DNA of 64,000 bases from Octopus bimaculoides (taxonomy: Eukaryota). A program made the position numbers and the translations under genes. Positions 63,050 to 64,000 of this stretch are shown here, piece after piece (position 1 is the stretch's first letter; every line of letters begins with the position of its first letter). Below the pieces are notes generated by a model, which was given only the letters and a program-made list of their open reading frames with translations, did not search any database and was not told where the DNA came from. Location of the stretch: assembly GCF_001194135.2 (NCBI RefSeq), contig NC_068996.1, positions 7,329,055 through 7,393,054 of the forward strand. Reading direction: 5' to 3'.

Positions 63050-63823
63050 GGCAATGATCTTGGTTAGAAGTTTGCTTCCCAACCACTTGGCTCCAGTTAG
63101 ATCCCACTGCATGGCACCTTGGGCAAGTGTCTGCTATTATAACCTCGGGCTGATCAAAGCCTGTGAGTGGATTTGGGAGACAGAAACTGGAAGAAGCCTG
63201 TCATTTATATGTGTATATATCTATGTGTATATCTTTGTCTGTATTTGTTCCCCATCATTGCTTGACAACCAGTGTTGAAGTGTTTACATTCCTATAACTG
63301 AGCAGTTCAGCAAAACAAACTGATAGAATATGTACCAAGCTTTAAAATTTCCTGGGATTGATTTGTTTCACTAAACCCTTCAAGGCAGTGCTCCAGCATG
63401 GCCTCAGTAAAATGACAGAAACAAATAAAAGATAAAAGGCACAGGAGTGGCTGTGTGGTAAGTAGCTTGCTTACCAACCACATGGTTCTGGGTTCAGTCC
63501 CACTGCATGGCACCTTGGGCAAGTGCCTTCTACTATAGCCTTGGGCTGACCAAAGCCTTGTGAGTGGATTTAGTAGACGGAAACTGAAAGAAGCCCGCCG
63601 TATATATGTATATATGTTTATCTCTGTTTGTCTCCCACACCATCGTTTGACAACCGATGTTGCTGTGTTTATGTCCCTGTAACTTAGTGGTTCAGTAAAG
63701 GGAGCTGATAGAATAAGTACTAGGCTTACAAAGAATAAGTTCTGGGGTCAATTTGTTCGACTAAAGGCGGTGCTCCAGCATGGCTGCAGTTAAAATGACT
63801 GAAACAAGTAAAAGTGTAAAAGA
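63050..63823 (+). mobile_element. Two tandem SINE family A copies
   Basis: About 63050-63438 and 63437-63823. Confidence 0.85.
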
Positions 63824-64000
63824 ATCTCCCAAAAAATAGAATTGGTATTTTCTGCAAGTCACATTGTTTCAAAGGAACTTGACATATCTCAACAGAAAAT
63901 AGTTTCAACGTGACATTTCTTGACAAAGGATAGATCAGTATATAAGCTGCTTTCCACAGCTAAGGGTAATGAAATCTTGAATAGATATATCAGACTTTCA

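Overview
AT-rich, repeat-dense eukaryotic genomic DNA from a draft assembly with nine N-gaps, most next to (TA)n runs. The repeat families resemble those of coleoid cephalopods (Octopus-like); this is inferred from recalled repeat families, not from a search. No complete protein-coding gene is present. The ORF-track entries are microsatellite or gap artefacts, SINE read-through, or decayed transposon fragments. The window looks like long introns of a + strand gene: one well-supported 84-nt exon (27412-27495) and several short, microexon or terminal exon candidates; the gene is unidentified. Repeats include >20 copies of a tRNA/CORE-like SINE with an internal (TA)n(TG)n tract (family A), tandem arrays of an (ATT)n-tailed SINE (family B), RTE LINE fragments and their 3'-end derivatives (family C), an R4/Dong-type REL-endonuclease LINE end in (TAA)n, CR1-like and hAT-like remnants, two deleted mariners and piggyBac-type MITEs. 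The most striking signal is a set of at least four unrelated short elements carrying type I hammerhead-ribozyme folds, mostly in fold-back arrangements typical of Penelope-like elements. One is fused to a tRNA-derived Pol III head and has target-site duplications. Another has a complete fold with a compensatory U3-A8 core. Ribozyme activity is predicted from sequence only.
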